Source: Candidatus Calescibacterium sp. (GTDB lineage Bacteria; Calescibacteriota; Calescibacteriia; Calescibacteriales; Calescibacteriaceae). Taken from it: a stretch of 61,592 nucleotides of DNA. Shown here piece after piece: positions 10,044 to 20,738 of this stretch. Each line of letters starts with the position of its first letter. Position 1 is the stretch's first letter. Position numbers and translations under genes: made by a program. The stretch spans positions 1 to 61,592 of the forward strand of contig JAVVGL010000012.1 in the NCBI GenBank assembly GCA_032249135.1, in the 5' to 3' direction. The notes below the pieces were generated by a model, which saw only the letters and a list, made by a program, of their open reading frames with translations, was not told the origin of the DNA and did no database searches.

Positions 10044-11558
10044 ATGTTGGGGTGGCTTACAAGGTATAAAAGCGAAAGGATGCTCAAAATTTGGAGTGAT
10101 GAGGAGAAATTCAATATATGGAAAGAAATTGAGGTTGCAATTTTGGAAGGTTGGGCAAAGTTGGGTGTTGTTCCGAATTATGTTCCGGAAGCTTTAAAAA
10201 AAGTTTCGGTCTCTCCCGATGAAGTCAGAAAAGAAGAAGAAAAAACAAGACATGAAGTTACGGCTTTTGTTAACGCTCTTTCTAAAAAAGTTTCCCCAGA
10301 TGTTGCAAGATTTATTCATCTTGGGGTTACGTCATCAGACATAATAGATACTGCTCTCTCTATTCAGATAAAAAGATCTTTGAAGATACTAATAGAAGAT
10401 GTAGAAGCTGTTGAGAAAGTTTTGCTTTACCTTGCTGAAAAATATAAAGACCTTATTTCTGTTGGGAGAACTCACGGAATACACGCGGAGCCTACAACTT
10501 TGGGAGCAAAGTTTTTATCTCATTTTGCTGAGTTCAGACGTGCAAGAAAAAGGCTTATTTTTGCAGATGAAGAGATAAGTTTCGGGAAAATATCGGGGGC
10601 TGTCGGTATTTATAACACGGTTCCGCCTGAAATTGAGGAATATGTTCTCTCAAAGTTTGGGTTAAAACCGGAACCGGTGGCGACTCAAATTGTTCCAAGA
10701 GATAGGCACGCTTTTTTCATACTTTCTGCTTCTCTTTTAGCTTCTGCTATTGAAAGACTTGCTTTAAATTTAAGGCTTCATCAAATACTTGAAATAGATG
10801 AGTTAAGGGAACCATTTGAGGAGGAGCAGATGGGCTCATCTATTATGCCACACAAGAGAAATCCTGTTGTTTCCGAAAATTTGACAGGCATAGCTCGTAT
10901 TATAAGGAGTGCTGTGGTTCCAGCTCTTGAAAATATAGCTTTGTTTATGGAGAGAGACATTTCTCATTCATCTGTTGAAAGGGTTATTTTACCTCAAATC
11001 TGTATTCTTTTAGATTATGCACTTGTGAGGTTAAAAATTTTACTTGAAGGTATTCAGGTGAATGAAAGTAAGATTAAAGCAAATCTTGAGATGTCAAAAA
11101 ACTTGATTCTTTCATCAAAGGCTTTATTTGAGCTTGTTCTGGCTGGTGTTCCAAGAGATAAGGCATACAAGATAATTCAAAGGGTTGCTTTTGATGTCAT
11201 AGAAGGAAAAGCTCCCGATTTCAAAACCGCGCTTATTTCTTACCTTGAAAAAGAGGATAAAAAGCTTGCATCTATCATATCAGAAAAACTTTCTCTTGTA
11301 AAACCAAATTATATTTCCTTCATTTTTTCAAGAGCAAAAAATATGCCTCTTGAGATAAAAGTTAAGAAAAAACCAGAAGTTTTTGACCCCGAAGGAAAGG
11401 CGATAAAAGATAAACTTGAAAAGCTTGGATATCAGGTCGAAGATATAAGAGTTGGTAAGATTTTTGAAATAAGAACTCAAAACGGTAGAAAAGATGTAAT
11501 AGAAAACTTTTTCATAAATCCTATAGTGGAAACTTACGAGATAGAACTAAAAGAATAG
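10044..11558 (+). CDS. purB: Adenylosuccinate lyase with in-frame C-terminal PurS domain
   Basis: HLGVTSSD, GRTHG, GSSIMPHKRNP, ERDISHSS. From Met 11343 the sequence (FDPEGKAI..LGY..DIRVGKIF..INPIVETY) is PurS-like. Confidence 0.92.
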   Translation: MLGWLTRYKSERMLKIWSDEEKFNIWKEIEVAILEGWAKLGVVPNYVPEALKKVSVSPDEVRKEEEKTRHEVTAFVNALSKKVSPDVARFIHLGVTSSDIIDTALSIQIKRSLKILIEDVEAVEKVLLYLAEKYKDLISVGRTHGIHAEPTTLGAKFLSHFAEFRRARKRLIFADEEISFGKISGAVGIYNTVPPEIEEYVLSKFGLKPEPVATQIVPRDRHAFFILSASLLASAIERLALNLRLHQILEIDELREPFEEEQMGSSIMPHKRNPVVSENLTGIARIIRSAVVPALENIALFMERDISHSSVERVILPQICILLDYALVRLKILLEGIQVNESKIKANLEMSKNLILSSKALFELVLAGVPRDKAYKIIQRVAFDVIEGKAPDFKTALISYLEKEDKKLASIISEKLSLVKPNYISFIFSRAKNMPLEIKVKKKPEVFDPEGKAIKDKLEKLGYQVEDIRVGKIFEIRTQNGRKDVIENFFINPIVETYEIELKE

Positions 11559-11670
11559 AGAAACAAAATAAAGTAAAAGAAAAATAAAGAAAGACAAAAT
11601 GAAGGAGAGAATAAAGAAATACGAAATAAAGGAAAAGAAAATTAAAAAATAATTTCTTAAATTTTATTTT

Positions 11671-13044
11671 ATGCATATACTCGTTGCAGATAACAACAAA
11701 ACTATAACAAAGATAGTAAAGATGGCTCTTGAAGAAGAAGGGTATTCTGTTCAGGTTGCTCACTCACCAGATGAAGTTTTGGACCTTGTGGATAAATCCC
11801 AATTCGATATTTTTATACTTGATACAAAGTTTATCAGAGAAAATGACGGATATGAGCTTGTCCAGAAAATAAAGAAGAAAGGTATTGATGGAAAATTTGT
11901 TTTACTTGTGAGTGCCCTTGAGAAACCCGATAATGAGTTAGCCAAAAAGCTTGGTATATTCGCCTTCCTGACCAAACCCGTTGATTCAAGAAAGCTTTTT
12001 CAGATCATATCGGAACTAGAAGATGAGTTGAAATCGGAAGCCAAAATAAAAAAGAAACCAAAAAAAACAGAATTAGATTCATATACTTATGAGATGGATG
12101 AAAATCTGATACCAGAAGAAGAAGAAGAAGAAGAAGAAAAGGGGGAAGTAAAATTGGAAGAAGAAAAAGAGAAAGAAGAAAAAATAGAGGAGGAGGAAAA
12201 AATGGAAGGGGAAATAGGAATATCAGAAGTATTAGAGGAAAAAAGGGATATATCTTTCAGCTGGACGGAAGAAACCACAGTCTCCTTAAGGGATGAATTG
12301 CTCTCTATTCTGAATGGGATCAGGGAAGTGTTTTTGAGGGTTAAAGAAGAAGCAGAAAACTATATAACTGAAATGCGGAAGGATATTAAAAAGAAAAAGG
12401 AAGAGATTGAAAAATATATGAGTGCGATACTTTCAAGCGGAGAGACAAAAAAACTTGAAGAATTTATTTTAAATTATCTTGAGCAGAAATTAGACGAGAA
12501 AATAAAACTCGCGGTTGAGAGAGAGCTTTCTCTCATCAGAAAATCACTGGAGAATGAAATTCTCAATTCAATAAAAAAAGACTTGTTTGATAAGGTTAAA
12601 GAGCTTCTGAAAAGTCAGGAAGATCTATTTGCGCAAGAATTCTCACAAAAGTTAAAAGAGCTATTACAGAAGGCTAAGGAAGACTATATATCAGAACTTG
12701 AAAACTTTGAAAAAAAATTGGAATCTAAATTCCAAGATTTGATAAATGAGAAAATAGGAGAAATAAAAATAGAAATAAATGAGAAAATAAAAGAGATCTC
12801 AAATGTAGTAAAGAAAGCAGAAAAGAGGTCTCCACCTGAAATATATGAAACAGCTGATGTGTTTGAAGGTTTTAGTGATGAAGCCGAAAGGAAATCATCG
12901 GAGTTGAGAGAAGAAAAAGAAAGTTATGGTGAAGTTTTTGAGTCAGCAGAAAAAGTGGAAGATTTTGCATCACTGGAAAATTTAAGAGAATCAAAAGAAA
13001 AAGAATTAAAAGGAGAAGATTTCATATTGGTTGATGAAGTTTGA
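11671..13044 (+). CDS. Response regulator: receiver domain, acidic linker and long coiled coil
   Basis: ILVAD..FILD..GYEL..TKP receiver; (GAA)8 poly-Glu at 12115-12138; E/K heptad-like C-terminus; no DNA-binding domain visible. Confidence 0.8.
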   Translation: MHILVADNNKTITKIVKMALEEEGYSVQVAHSPDEVLDLVDKSQFDIFILDTKFIRENDGYELVQKIKKKGIDGKFVLLVSALEKPDNELAKKLGIFAFLTKPVDSRKLFQIISELEDELKSEAKIKKKPKKTELDSYTYEMDENLIPEEEEEEEEKGEVKLEEEKEKEEKIEEEEKMEGEIGISEVLEEKRDISFSWTEETTVSLRDELLSILNGIREVFLRVKEEAENYITEMRKDIKKKKEEIEKYMSAILSSGETKKLEEFILNYLEQKLDEKIKLAVERELSLIRKSLENEILNSIKKDLFDKVKELLKSQEDLFAQEFSQKLKELLQKAKEDYISELENFEKKLESKFQDLINEKIGEIKIEINEKIKEISNVVKKAEKRSPPEIYETADVFEGFSDEAERKSSELREEKESYGEVFESAEKVEDFASLENLRESKEKELKGEDFILVDEV

Positions 13045-13052
13045 TTTTATTA

Positions 13053-13973
13053 TTATTTGGTTTGCGCAAGTTTTCTTGCTTCTTCAAGTTTTAGAATTTT
13101 CCTCGCTTCTTCCGGTGTAGCGACCTCTTTTCCGACTTCTCTTATTATTCTTGCAGCAGCTTCTACTAATTCACCGTTTGACTTCGCCATCCGACCATCT
13201 GGAAGATAAAAGTTATCCTCAAATCCAACTCTTGCGTGCCCACCGAGCAGAACAGATTGCATTATAAGTCCCCATTGTTCTCTTGATATTCCTATAACTT
13301 GCCACTCTACACCAGGTGGAACCCTTGTTGAAAGATAAACAAGGTTTCTCGGATCTGCTGATGCTCCTCCGACAACTCCCAATATTATGCTCACCTGAAA
13401 GATTTTGAGAAGTCCTTTATCCATGAGCGGGTATATTGTTTCTATGTGTCCAAGGTCAAAGCATTCACATTCAGGTTTTGTTCCAACTTTCACCATGCAA
13501 TCTATGAAATACTCAATATCCCAAATTGAGTTTATGAACTCAAATGCAAATACCCAGTTTTTTCTTTTTGGACTATATTTTGCGTAGTTCATCGTCCCCA
13601 TATTCAGTGCTGCAATATCAGGTTTTAATTCAAGAACATGGGCTATTCTTTGTTCCCGTGGAAGCCCAACTGCTCCTGTTGATAGATTTATTATCATATC
13701 TGGAACTTCTGCCTTTATTGCTTCTACTATATTTCTGAAGTCCTCAACAAGGTAGGAAGGTGTTCCATCTGGTCTCCTTGCGTGAATATGCACAACTGTA
13801 CATCCTGCTTCATAAGCTCGCTTTGCTTCGGCTGCGTATTCTTCAGGAGTGTAAGGAATATATGGACACTGAGTCCTGTTTGCTACTGCTCCTGAAAGAG
13901 CACAAGTTATTATAACTTTGTCTTTCAATTTATCTTCTGATGTCCCTCCATTTCCAAAGTTCATAGATTTCAC
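13053..13973 (-). CDS. Beta-keto acid cleavage enzyme (BKACE/Kce, DUF849)
   Basis: IITCALSGA, PYTPEE, HIHAR, STG, LNMGTMN, ECFDLGH, RVGFEDN. Confidence 0.93.
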   Translation of the reverse strand: MKSMNFGNGGTSEDKLKDKVIITCALSGAVANRTQCPYIPYTPEEYAAEAKRAYEAGCTVVHIHARRPDGTPSYLVEDFRNIVEAIKAEVPDMIINLSTGAVGLPREQRIAHVLELKPDIAALNMGTMNYAKYSPKRKNWVFAFEFINSIWDIEYFIDCMVKVGTKPECECFDLGHIETIYPLMDKGLLKIFQVSIILGVVGGASADPRNLVYLSTRVPPGVEWQVIGISREQWGLIMQSVLLGGHARVGFEDNFYLPDGRMAKSNGELVEAAARIIREVGKEVATPEEARKILKLEEARKLAQTK

Positions 13974-14052
13974 CTCCTTTCATTTCATTTTACTTTTTCA
14001 ATCAATTTCTTTTAGAAATTCTATTTTAGTGAATTGTTAAAATCAGAAAAAT

Positions 14053-14068
14053 TTGAATGGTTGTTCAA
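14053..14068. promoter_or_regulatory. Palindromic operator candidate TTGAAT-N4-GTTCAA
   Basis: Lies between divergent BKACE and aspS; near-identical to the perfect site at 39558-39573. Confidence 0.45.
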
Positions 14069-14152
14069 AAATAAATTTTCAAAATCACAAACAAAAAGAA
14101 ATTAAACTGGTAATAAGAGAAATCCAAATTCACCTTTTTATTATTGTATTTT

Positions 14153-15949
14153 ATGTCAAAAGTTGAGACCTTGTTTTCAGATCTTCATACTTCTATGAAA
14201 GATGTAGGTTGTGGTCAGGTTAATGAAAACTTTATCGGTAAGGTTGTTAAGCTTGCAGGTTGGGTTGAATCAGTAAGGGATCACGGAGGATTAAAGTTTA
14301 TAGACCTTGTAGATATAACTGGTGAAGTTCAAATTGTGGTTCGTCCTGAAAATATAAATGTTGATGTATTGAAGGATTTAGATAACATACGTAATTTCTA
14401 TGTCTTACATGTAGAGGGAGAAGTGAGGAGAAGGCCAGAAGGAACTGAGAACCCTAATATAAGAACCGGTAATGTTGAAGTTATAGCTCGTTCAATAAAA
14501 GTTTTATCAAAGTCAGAGGTTCCACCATTTTTACCTAATGAAAGAAAACAAATATCAGAAGAGGTAAGACTCAAATATAGATACATAGATATGAGAAGAC
14601 CTCGAATGAGAAGAAATATTATTTTCAGACACCTTGTTGCAAGAAAAATAAGAGAATTTATGTGGAGGAAAAATTTTGTTGAAATAGAAACTCCTTTTCT
14701 GACAAAAAGCACACCAGAAGGAGCAAGGGATTTTCTCGTTCCATCAAGGGTATACAAAGGGAAATTTTATGCGTTGCCGCAATCCCCTCAGCTTTTCAAA
14801 CAGATTCTTCAAGTTGCGGGTTTTGAAAGATATTTCCAAATAGTCAGATGTTTCAGAGATGAAGATCTGAGGGCAGATAGACAACCAGAATTTACTCAGG
14901 TAGATATAGAAATGTCTTTTGTTTCTGAGGAGGATATTATTTCACTTATTGAGGAACTTCTGTGTTTTATTTTCAAAGAGTGTTTAGATATTGAGATAAA
15001 AATTCCTTTTCCAAGAATGAGATATCAAGATGCTATCTCACTTTACGGGACTGATAAACCCGATACAAGGATACCTTTTCATCTCAAAGACTTATCTGAT
15101 ATTTTTTCTCACACAAAGCTTGAATTTATACGGAAGTTTTTAGAGGTTGGAGGTAAAGTTTTGGCTTTTGGGGTGAAAAATATAAGTGCTTCAAAGTCGC
15201 AGCTTGCATCTCTTGAAAGCTTTGCAAAAAGTATGGGAGGCGGAGGTCTTATGTGGTTTGTATTCAAAGATAATCAGCTCGTAGCAAGTCCTGTTTCAAA
15301 ATTCATATCAGATGAAGAAAAGGAAGCTCTATCTCAGCTTTGCGAGGGAAACGGGATTTCTTTTGCAGTAGCTGATACAGAGGAAAAATCACGAACAATA
15401 ATTTCAAAGGTAGCAAAGTTGGTTGCTAAAAATTTCTCTCTTGTAAAAGATGAATTTAACTTTGTGTGGATAGTTGATTTCCCACTTTTCTCTTGGGATG
15501 AAACAGAAAAAAGATTTGTCTCAGAACACCATCCTTTCACCTCACCAAAATATGAAGATTTAGGCTTCCTTGATACTGACCCGCTAAAAGTTAGAGCAAG
15601 AGCATATGATATAGTTCTGAATGGAGAGGAAATAGGCGGAGGCTCAATAAGAATTCACGATCCTGAACTTCAGTACAAAATTTTCAAAATATTGAATTTA
15701 TCTCAGGAGGAGATAAATGAGAGATTTGGTTGGTTTCTTGAAGCTTTAAAATACGGGGCTCCACCTCACGGCGGAATAGCTTTGGGACTTGATAGACTCG
15801 TTGCTCTGATGTTAGGGGAGGAGAGTATCAGGGAAGTTATTGCTTTCCCAAAGACGCAAAGTGGTGTTTGTCCTCTCACTGGTGCTCCATCTGATGTTTA
15901 TGTAAGCCAGCTCAAAGAACTTGGAATAAAAGTAGAGGTAAAAGAGTAG
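14153..15949 (+). CDS. aspS: Aspartyl-tRNA synthetase, probably non-discriminating
   Basis: RDHGG, STPEGARDF, LPQSPQLFKQ, FRDEDLRADRQPEFTQ, GAPPHGG. His in RDHGG and Gly in RPEGT are ND-type determinants, and gatC is in the window. Confidence 0.97.
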   Translation: MSKVETLFSDLHTSMKDVGCGQVNENFIGKVVKLAGWVESVRDHGGLKFIDLVDITGEVQIVVRPENINVDVLKDLDNIRNFYVLHVEGEVRRRPEGTENPNIRTGNVEVIARSIKVLSKSEVPPFLPNERKQISEEVRLKYRYIDMRRPRMRRNIIFRHLVARKIREFMWRKNFVEIETPFLTKSTPEGARDFLVPSRVYKGKFYALPQSPQLFKQILQVAGFERYFQIVRCFRDEDLRADRQPEFTQVDIEMSFVSEEDIISLIEELLCFIFKECLDIEIKIPFPRMRYQDAISLYGTDKPDTRIPFHLKDLSDIFSHTKLEFIRKFLEVGGKVLAFGVKNISASKSQLASLESFAKSMGGGGLMWFVFKDNQLVASPVSKFISDEEKEALSQLCEGNGISFAVADTEEKSRTIISKVAKLVAKNFSLVKDEFNFVWIVDFPLFSWDETEKRFVSEHHPFTSPKYEDLGFLDTDPLKVRARAYDIVLNGEEIGGGSIRIHDPELQYKIFKILNLSQEEINERFGWFLEALKYGAPPHGGIALGLDRLVALMLGEESIREVIAFPKTQSGVCPLTGAPSDVYVSQLKELGIKVEVKE

Positions 15950-16061
15950 AGCGAAAGAATAAAAGCATCTTATTTCAGAAAATCTTCAATTTTTTTCGTC
16001 TATTTCAAGAGTTGTTTTAATTACTTTTCTTCCTTTTGAAATAAGGAATATAACTGGGTAA

Positions 16062-16450
16062 ATTAAATAATGCTATAACTGCTGCTGCCGCTATACCATA
16101 AGTAAATAGTTGAGTAGATGAGATTTCAGGGGAACATAAGCTGTGAACATTACAGTGGTTTCTCCTACATTCCCTGTAAAAAAGTAGGATGTATTTCACA
16201 ATTATCCATCTACCGAAAATCAACAAAATGCGATGTATCCAAATGTTAGTGTGACCTATCTTGTGTTCAGCACAACAGTTAAAGCAAAAATAAGCCCGTC
16301 ACACTCAAAAAATTGAGAATCCGTGATTTACATCAATAGATGATACTCTGATTCTGTATATTTCTCCTTTTTTGAGCACTAATATTGGTATCCACTAGAA
16401 CATTCTTCCTATTATATATTGGTCACATTTGGTGGAGCTTCTACTAGTGA
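16062..16450 (-). pseudogene. Collapsed remnant of heme-copper oxidoreductase subunit II and subunit I genes
   Basis: Fragments VEAPP../DQYIIGRMF*WIPILVLKKGEIYRIRVSSIDVNHGFSI (cupredoxin subunit II) join FECDGLIFALTVVLNTR*V.., TVMFTAYVPLKSH and LFTYGIAAAAVIALF (subunit I-like); stops, frameshifts and deletions throughout. Confidence 0.7.
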
Positions 16451-16461
16451 AAACGGTGGAA

Positions 16462-16830
16462 TTAGTATTCATCATTTTCTTTGTCATCTTCTATGATGCT
16501 CCATTTTTTATCGCCGAAATTTTTTCTCGGGTCTGGTTTGAATTTTCTATTTTTCTCTGCAATCCTACTTTTTTTATTGTCTCTATCTTTTTTTCTATTG
16601 TTATTGTTTTCTTCTTCTATGGTATTCTTTTTCCTGAAAATTGGTGCTCCCCCTACGTCTGGACCACATGCAGCTGGTGGAGTTTGTGCATATATTTTTA
16701 TATCTGGTAAAGATACGTTCGCTATAATTGGAGCAGAATATATTCCTAATTTCAAAAGTTTTCTTTTTAGAATATCAACCGCTCTTCTTTTATTTCCGAT
16801 TTCATCTTTTTTCTCATCTTCTGTTTTTAT
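16462..16830 (-). CDS. Small protein with KR-Tat-like/YxxP leader; candidate RiPP precursor (start uncertain)
   Basis: Frame is open upstream of TTG 16755 to a TAG at 16837-16839: IKTEDEKKDEIGNKRRAVDILKRKLLKLGIYSAPIIANVSLPDIKIYAQTPPAACGPDVGGAPIF.. The only upstream start candidates are non-canonical (e.g. ATA 16830). Confidence 0.5.
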   Translation of the reverse strand: MKTEDEKKDEIGNKRRAVDILKRKLLKLGIYSAPIIANVSLPDIKIYAQTPPAACGPDVGGAPIFRKKNTIEEENNNNRKKDRDNKKSRIAEKNRKFKPDPRKNFGDKKWSIIEDDKENDEY

Positions 16831-16916
16831 TTTTTTCTATTTCTATTTGAATTTTCCTTTCAATTTTAGCTATAATAATAATTTAAGAGAGAAAAATAGA
16901 AATTATTAAGAAAAAA

Positions 16917-17168
16917 ATGAGAAAAAACGCAAATATTATTGAGAAAAGATTTAGGGACGGAACAATTGTGTTTAATGGAGAAAAAATTTTTCTTTTCAAA
17001 GGAATTTCACAGATCTTGTGGGATTTCATTGAATCTATACCGCAGGAGGAAATGATAAAAATCATTTCTGAAACTTTTGGAATATCAGAAGAACTTGTTA
17101 GGAAAGATGTTGAAGATTTTTTTGAAAAACTTCTGAAAGAAAATTTAGTTATAAAAGAGAACATATGA
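16917..17168 (+). CDS. PqqD-family / RiPP recognition element (RRE) protein
   Basis: 83 aa; short beta strands then ISQILWDFIE..IISETFGISEELVRKDVEDFFEKLLKENLV, the typical PqqD three-helix signature. Confidence 0.8.
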   Translation: MRKNANIIEKRFRDGTIVFNGEKIFLFKGISQILWDFIESIPQEEMIKIISETFGISEELVRKDVEDFFEKLLKENLVIKENI

Positions 17169-17234
17169 TTTTCTCTAAAAATTTAAAAGTTACGTAGGTT
17201 CTAACTTTTTTAGAATTAGAAAATTTTTATGTGT

Positions 17235-17277
17235 TTCCCTAAATTTTTAGCAATAGACTGATAAATTTAAGGGGAAA
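17235..17277. terminator. Stem-loop downstream of the PqqD gene
   Basis: Imperfect inverted repeat TTCCCTAAATTTTTAG..CTGATAAATTTAAGGGGAA; a second IR AAAAGTTA/TAACTTTT near 17185-17209. Confidence 0.35.
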
Positions 17278-17290
17278 AAATAATAGATAG

Positions 17291-18949
<1,659 letters not shown>

Positions 18950-18978
18950 TAGAAGTTGAAGTTCAAACTTAAAAAATA

Positions 18979-20064
18979 GTGAAGGTTTTTATTTCTTGTT
19001 TAGATTTTTCGGCTGAACTTTACATGAAAAAAATCTCTCCATTTTTGATGGGGGAAATATTTTCTACTACGCCAAATATAAAGAACGCAAAATGCATATT
19101 AGATATCAGTCGCTTTTCTGTTGTTGGAATACCTTCAACTAAAAATCTTATATCCACCGTGTTTTATTTGCTGAAATCTATAAAATTTGTCGTAGAAAAC
19201 AATATAAATCTTCTTATATTGTGCGATGCACCAGATTTTAACATACCTTTGGGTGCAATATCAAAAGCTTTGCTTCATCAGAAAATCAAAGTCATATATT
19301 TTATACCTCCGACTATTTGGGCGTGGAGAGAGAATAGAAAAGAATTGGTCAAAAGTTTCTCCGATAGAGTTCTTTGCATATTGCCATTTGAGAAAGATGT
19401 TTGGGGAGAAAAAAGTATTTTCGTCGGTCATCCTCTATGCAAAATAATCAAAGAGGAAGGATTTACTGAACGCAGTAAAATAAAAAAAAAGAAAAATCAG
19501 AAATCGGAATTTGTAGCTATACTTCCAGGTTCAAGGGCTTCGGAAATAAAAAACCATATTGACATTTTCCTTTCTTTGCTTGATATGTTCAAAGACGAAA
19601 AAATAATAGTTCCAACAAAATTTCCTGATATATTGTGGAAAGAGATAGAAAAAGCAAGCGAAAAGGAGACTAGGGAAAAAATAAAAGAGATTGTAAAGAT
19701 TGTTCCATCTGAAAATTCAAGGTGGGCTATGAGTAATTCAAAAGTTGTTATCTTGGCATCTGGGACAGCCTCATTAGAATCAGCTTTACTTGGAAAACCA
19801 GCGGTAATATTCTATAAGCTAAGCAAGTTTTCATTTGAGATAGCAAAAAGGATAGTAAAAGTTAAGTTTATTTCACTTCCGAATATAATAATGGGAAGGA
19901 TGGTTTATCCCGAGCTTATCCAATATGATGCTCAACCAGAAAAAATATACACGGAAGCGAAAAGAATATCAGACGAAGATTTTTCCTGGCTGAGTGAGGA
20001 ATTATTTTCAAAACTTGACGGATTAGATTTTGTGGAAATAGCGGAAATTATGCAAAATATATAA
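18979..20064 (+). CDS. lpxB: Lipid-A-disaccharide synthase
   Basis: DAPDFN, PPTIWAWR, ILPFE, FVGHPL, LPGSRASEI, ASGTASLE, SLPNII. Confidence 0.93.
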   Translation: MKVFISCLDFSAELYMKKISPFLMGEIFSTTPNIKNAKCILDISRFSVVGIPSTKNLISTVFYLLKSIKFVVENNINLLILCDAPDFNIPLGAISKALLHQKIKVIYFIPPTIWAWRENRKELVKSFSDRVLCILPFEKDVWGEKSIFVGHPLCKIIKEEGFTERSKIKKKKNQKSEFVAILPGSRASEIKNHIDIFLSLLDMFKDEKIIVPTKFPDILWKEIEKASEKETREKIKEIVKIVPSENSRWAMSNSKVVILASGTASLESALLGKPAVIFYKLSKFSFEIAKRIVKVKFISLPNIIMGRMVYPELIQYDAQPEKIYTEAKRISDEDFSWLSEELFSKLDGLDFVEIAEIMQNI

Positions 20065-20084
20065 AATTAAAAAATATAGTTTTA

Positions 20085-20738
20085 ATGTTGACCATAGCTA
20101 TATCCAAGGGGAAAGCTTTTGATGAGGAATTAGAGCTACTCAAAAAATCAGGTTATGAAATTAATTTTCGGGAAAGGGAACTTTCATATTCTGTAGATAA
20201 CCTTGTTTTATGGTTTTTGAAACCAAAAGATGTTCCAGTGTGGGTTGAGGGTGGGGTAGTTGACCTTGGAATGGTTGGGCTTGATATCTTGCGTGAGGGA
20301 AAATATGATGTTCTTGAACTTCTTGATTTGAAAATAGGCAAATGCAGGTTTTCATTTGCTCGCCCAAAAAATAAACCTGTTCCAACATCAAAGGTTGTCA
20401 TAGCTACAAAATTCCCAAACCTTTCAAAAAAATATGCTGAAAAATATTTTTCAGAGTTTGAGATTGTTGAACTTCACGGTTCAGTTGAAATAGCTCCAAA
20501 GGTTGGTTTATCTCACATAATAGCAGATCTTGTCTCAACAGGTAGAACTCTTCATGAAAACGACCTTGAAGAGATGGTAGTTCTTGAAGAATTTTCAACT
20601 TACCTTATAGCTAATCGAGCTTCTTTTGTTATGAAATATGAAGAGATTGAAAAACTCGTCTTGAAACTTCTACAAGCCATCGGAGAAAAAGATAATTTCC
20701 TCCTTCGTATTATGGGTACGAGCATAGACCAACTTTAA
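20085..20738 (+). CDS. hisG: ATP phosphoribosyltransferase, short form (HisZ-dependent)
   Basis: IAISKG, DLGMVGLD, IATKFP, LHGSVEIAP, DLVSTGRTL; 217 aa with no C-terminal regulatory domain. Confidence 0.95.
   Translation: MLTIAISKGKAFDEELELLKKSGYEINFRERELSYSVDNLVLWFLKPKDVPVWVEGGVVDLGMVGLDILREGKYDVLELLDLKIGKCRFSFARPKNKPVPTSKVVIATKFPNLSKKYAEKYFSEFEIVELHGSVEIAPKVGLSHIIADLVSTGRTLHENDLEEMVVLEEFSTYLIANRASFVMKYEEIEKLVLKLLQAIGEKDNFLLRIMGTSIDQL

Noticed and set aside
12115-12138. (GAA)8 as a phase-variation tract
   Set aside because: A triplet repeat keeps the frame; it only encodes a poly-Glu linker.
16240-16280. Minus-strand CCAEHKIGH as a degenerate CuA motif
   Set aside because: Another frame over the same bases gives a better, colinear match to subunit I (GLIFALTVVLNTR), so this is probably coincidental.
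16429-16909. Plus-strand hydrophobic ORFs of 93 and 142 aa
   Set aside because: Their Phe/Leu/Ser-rich composition is what the antisense of purine-rich coding sequence gives; the minus-strand ORF fits the genome's bias.
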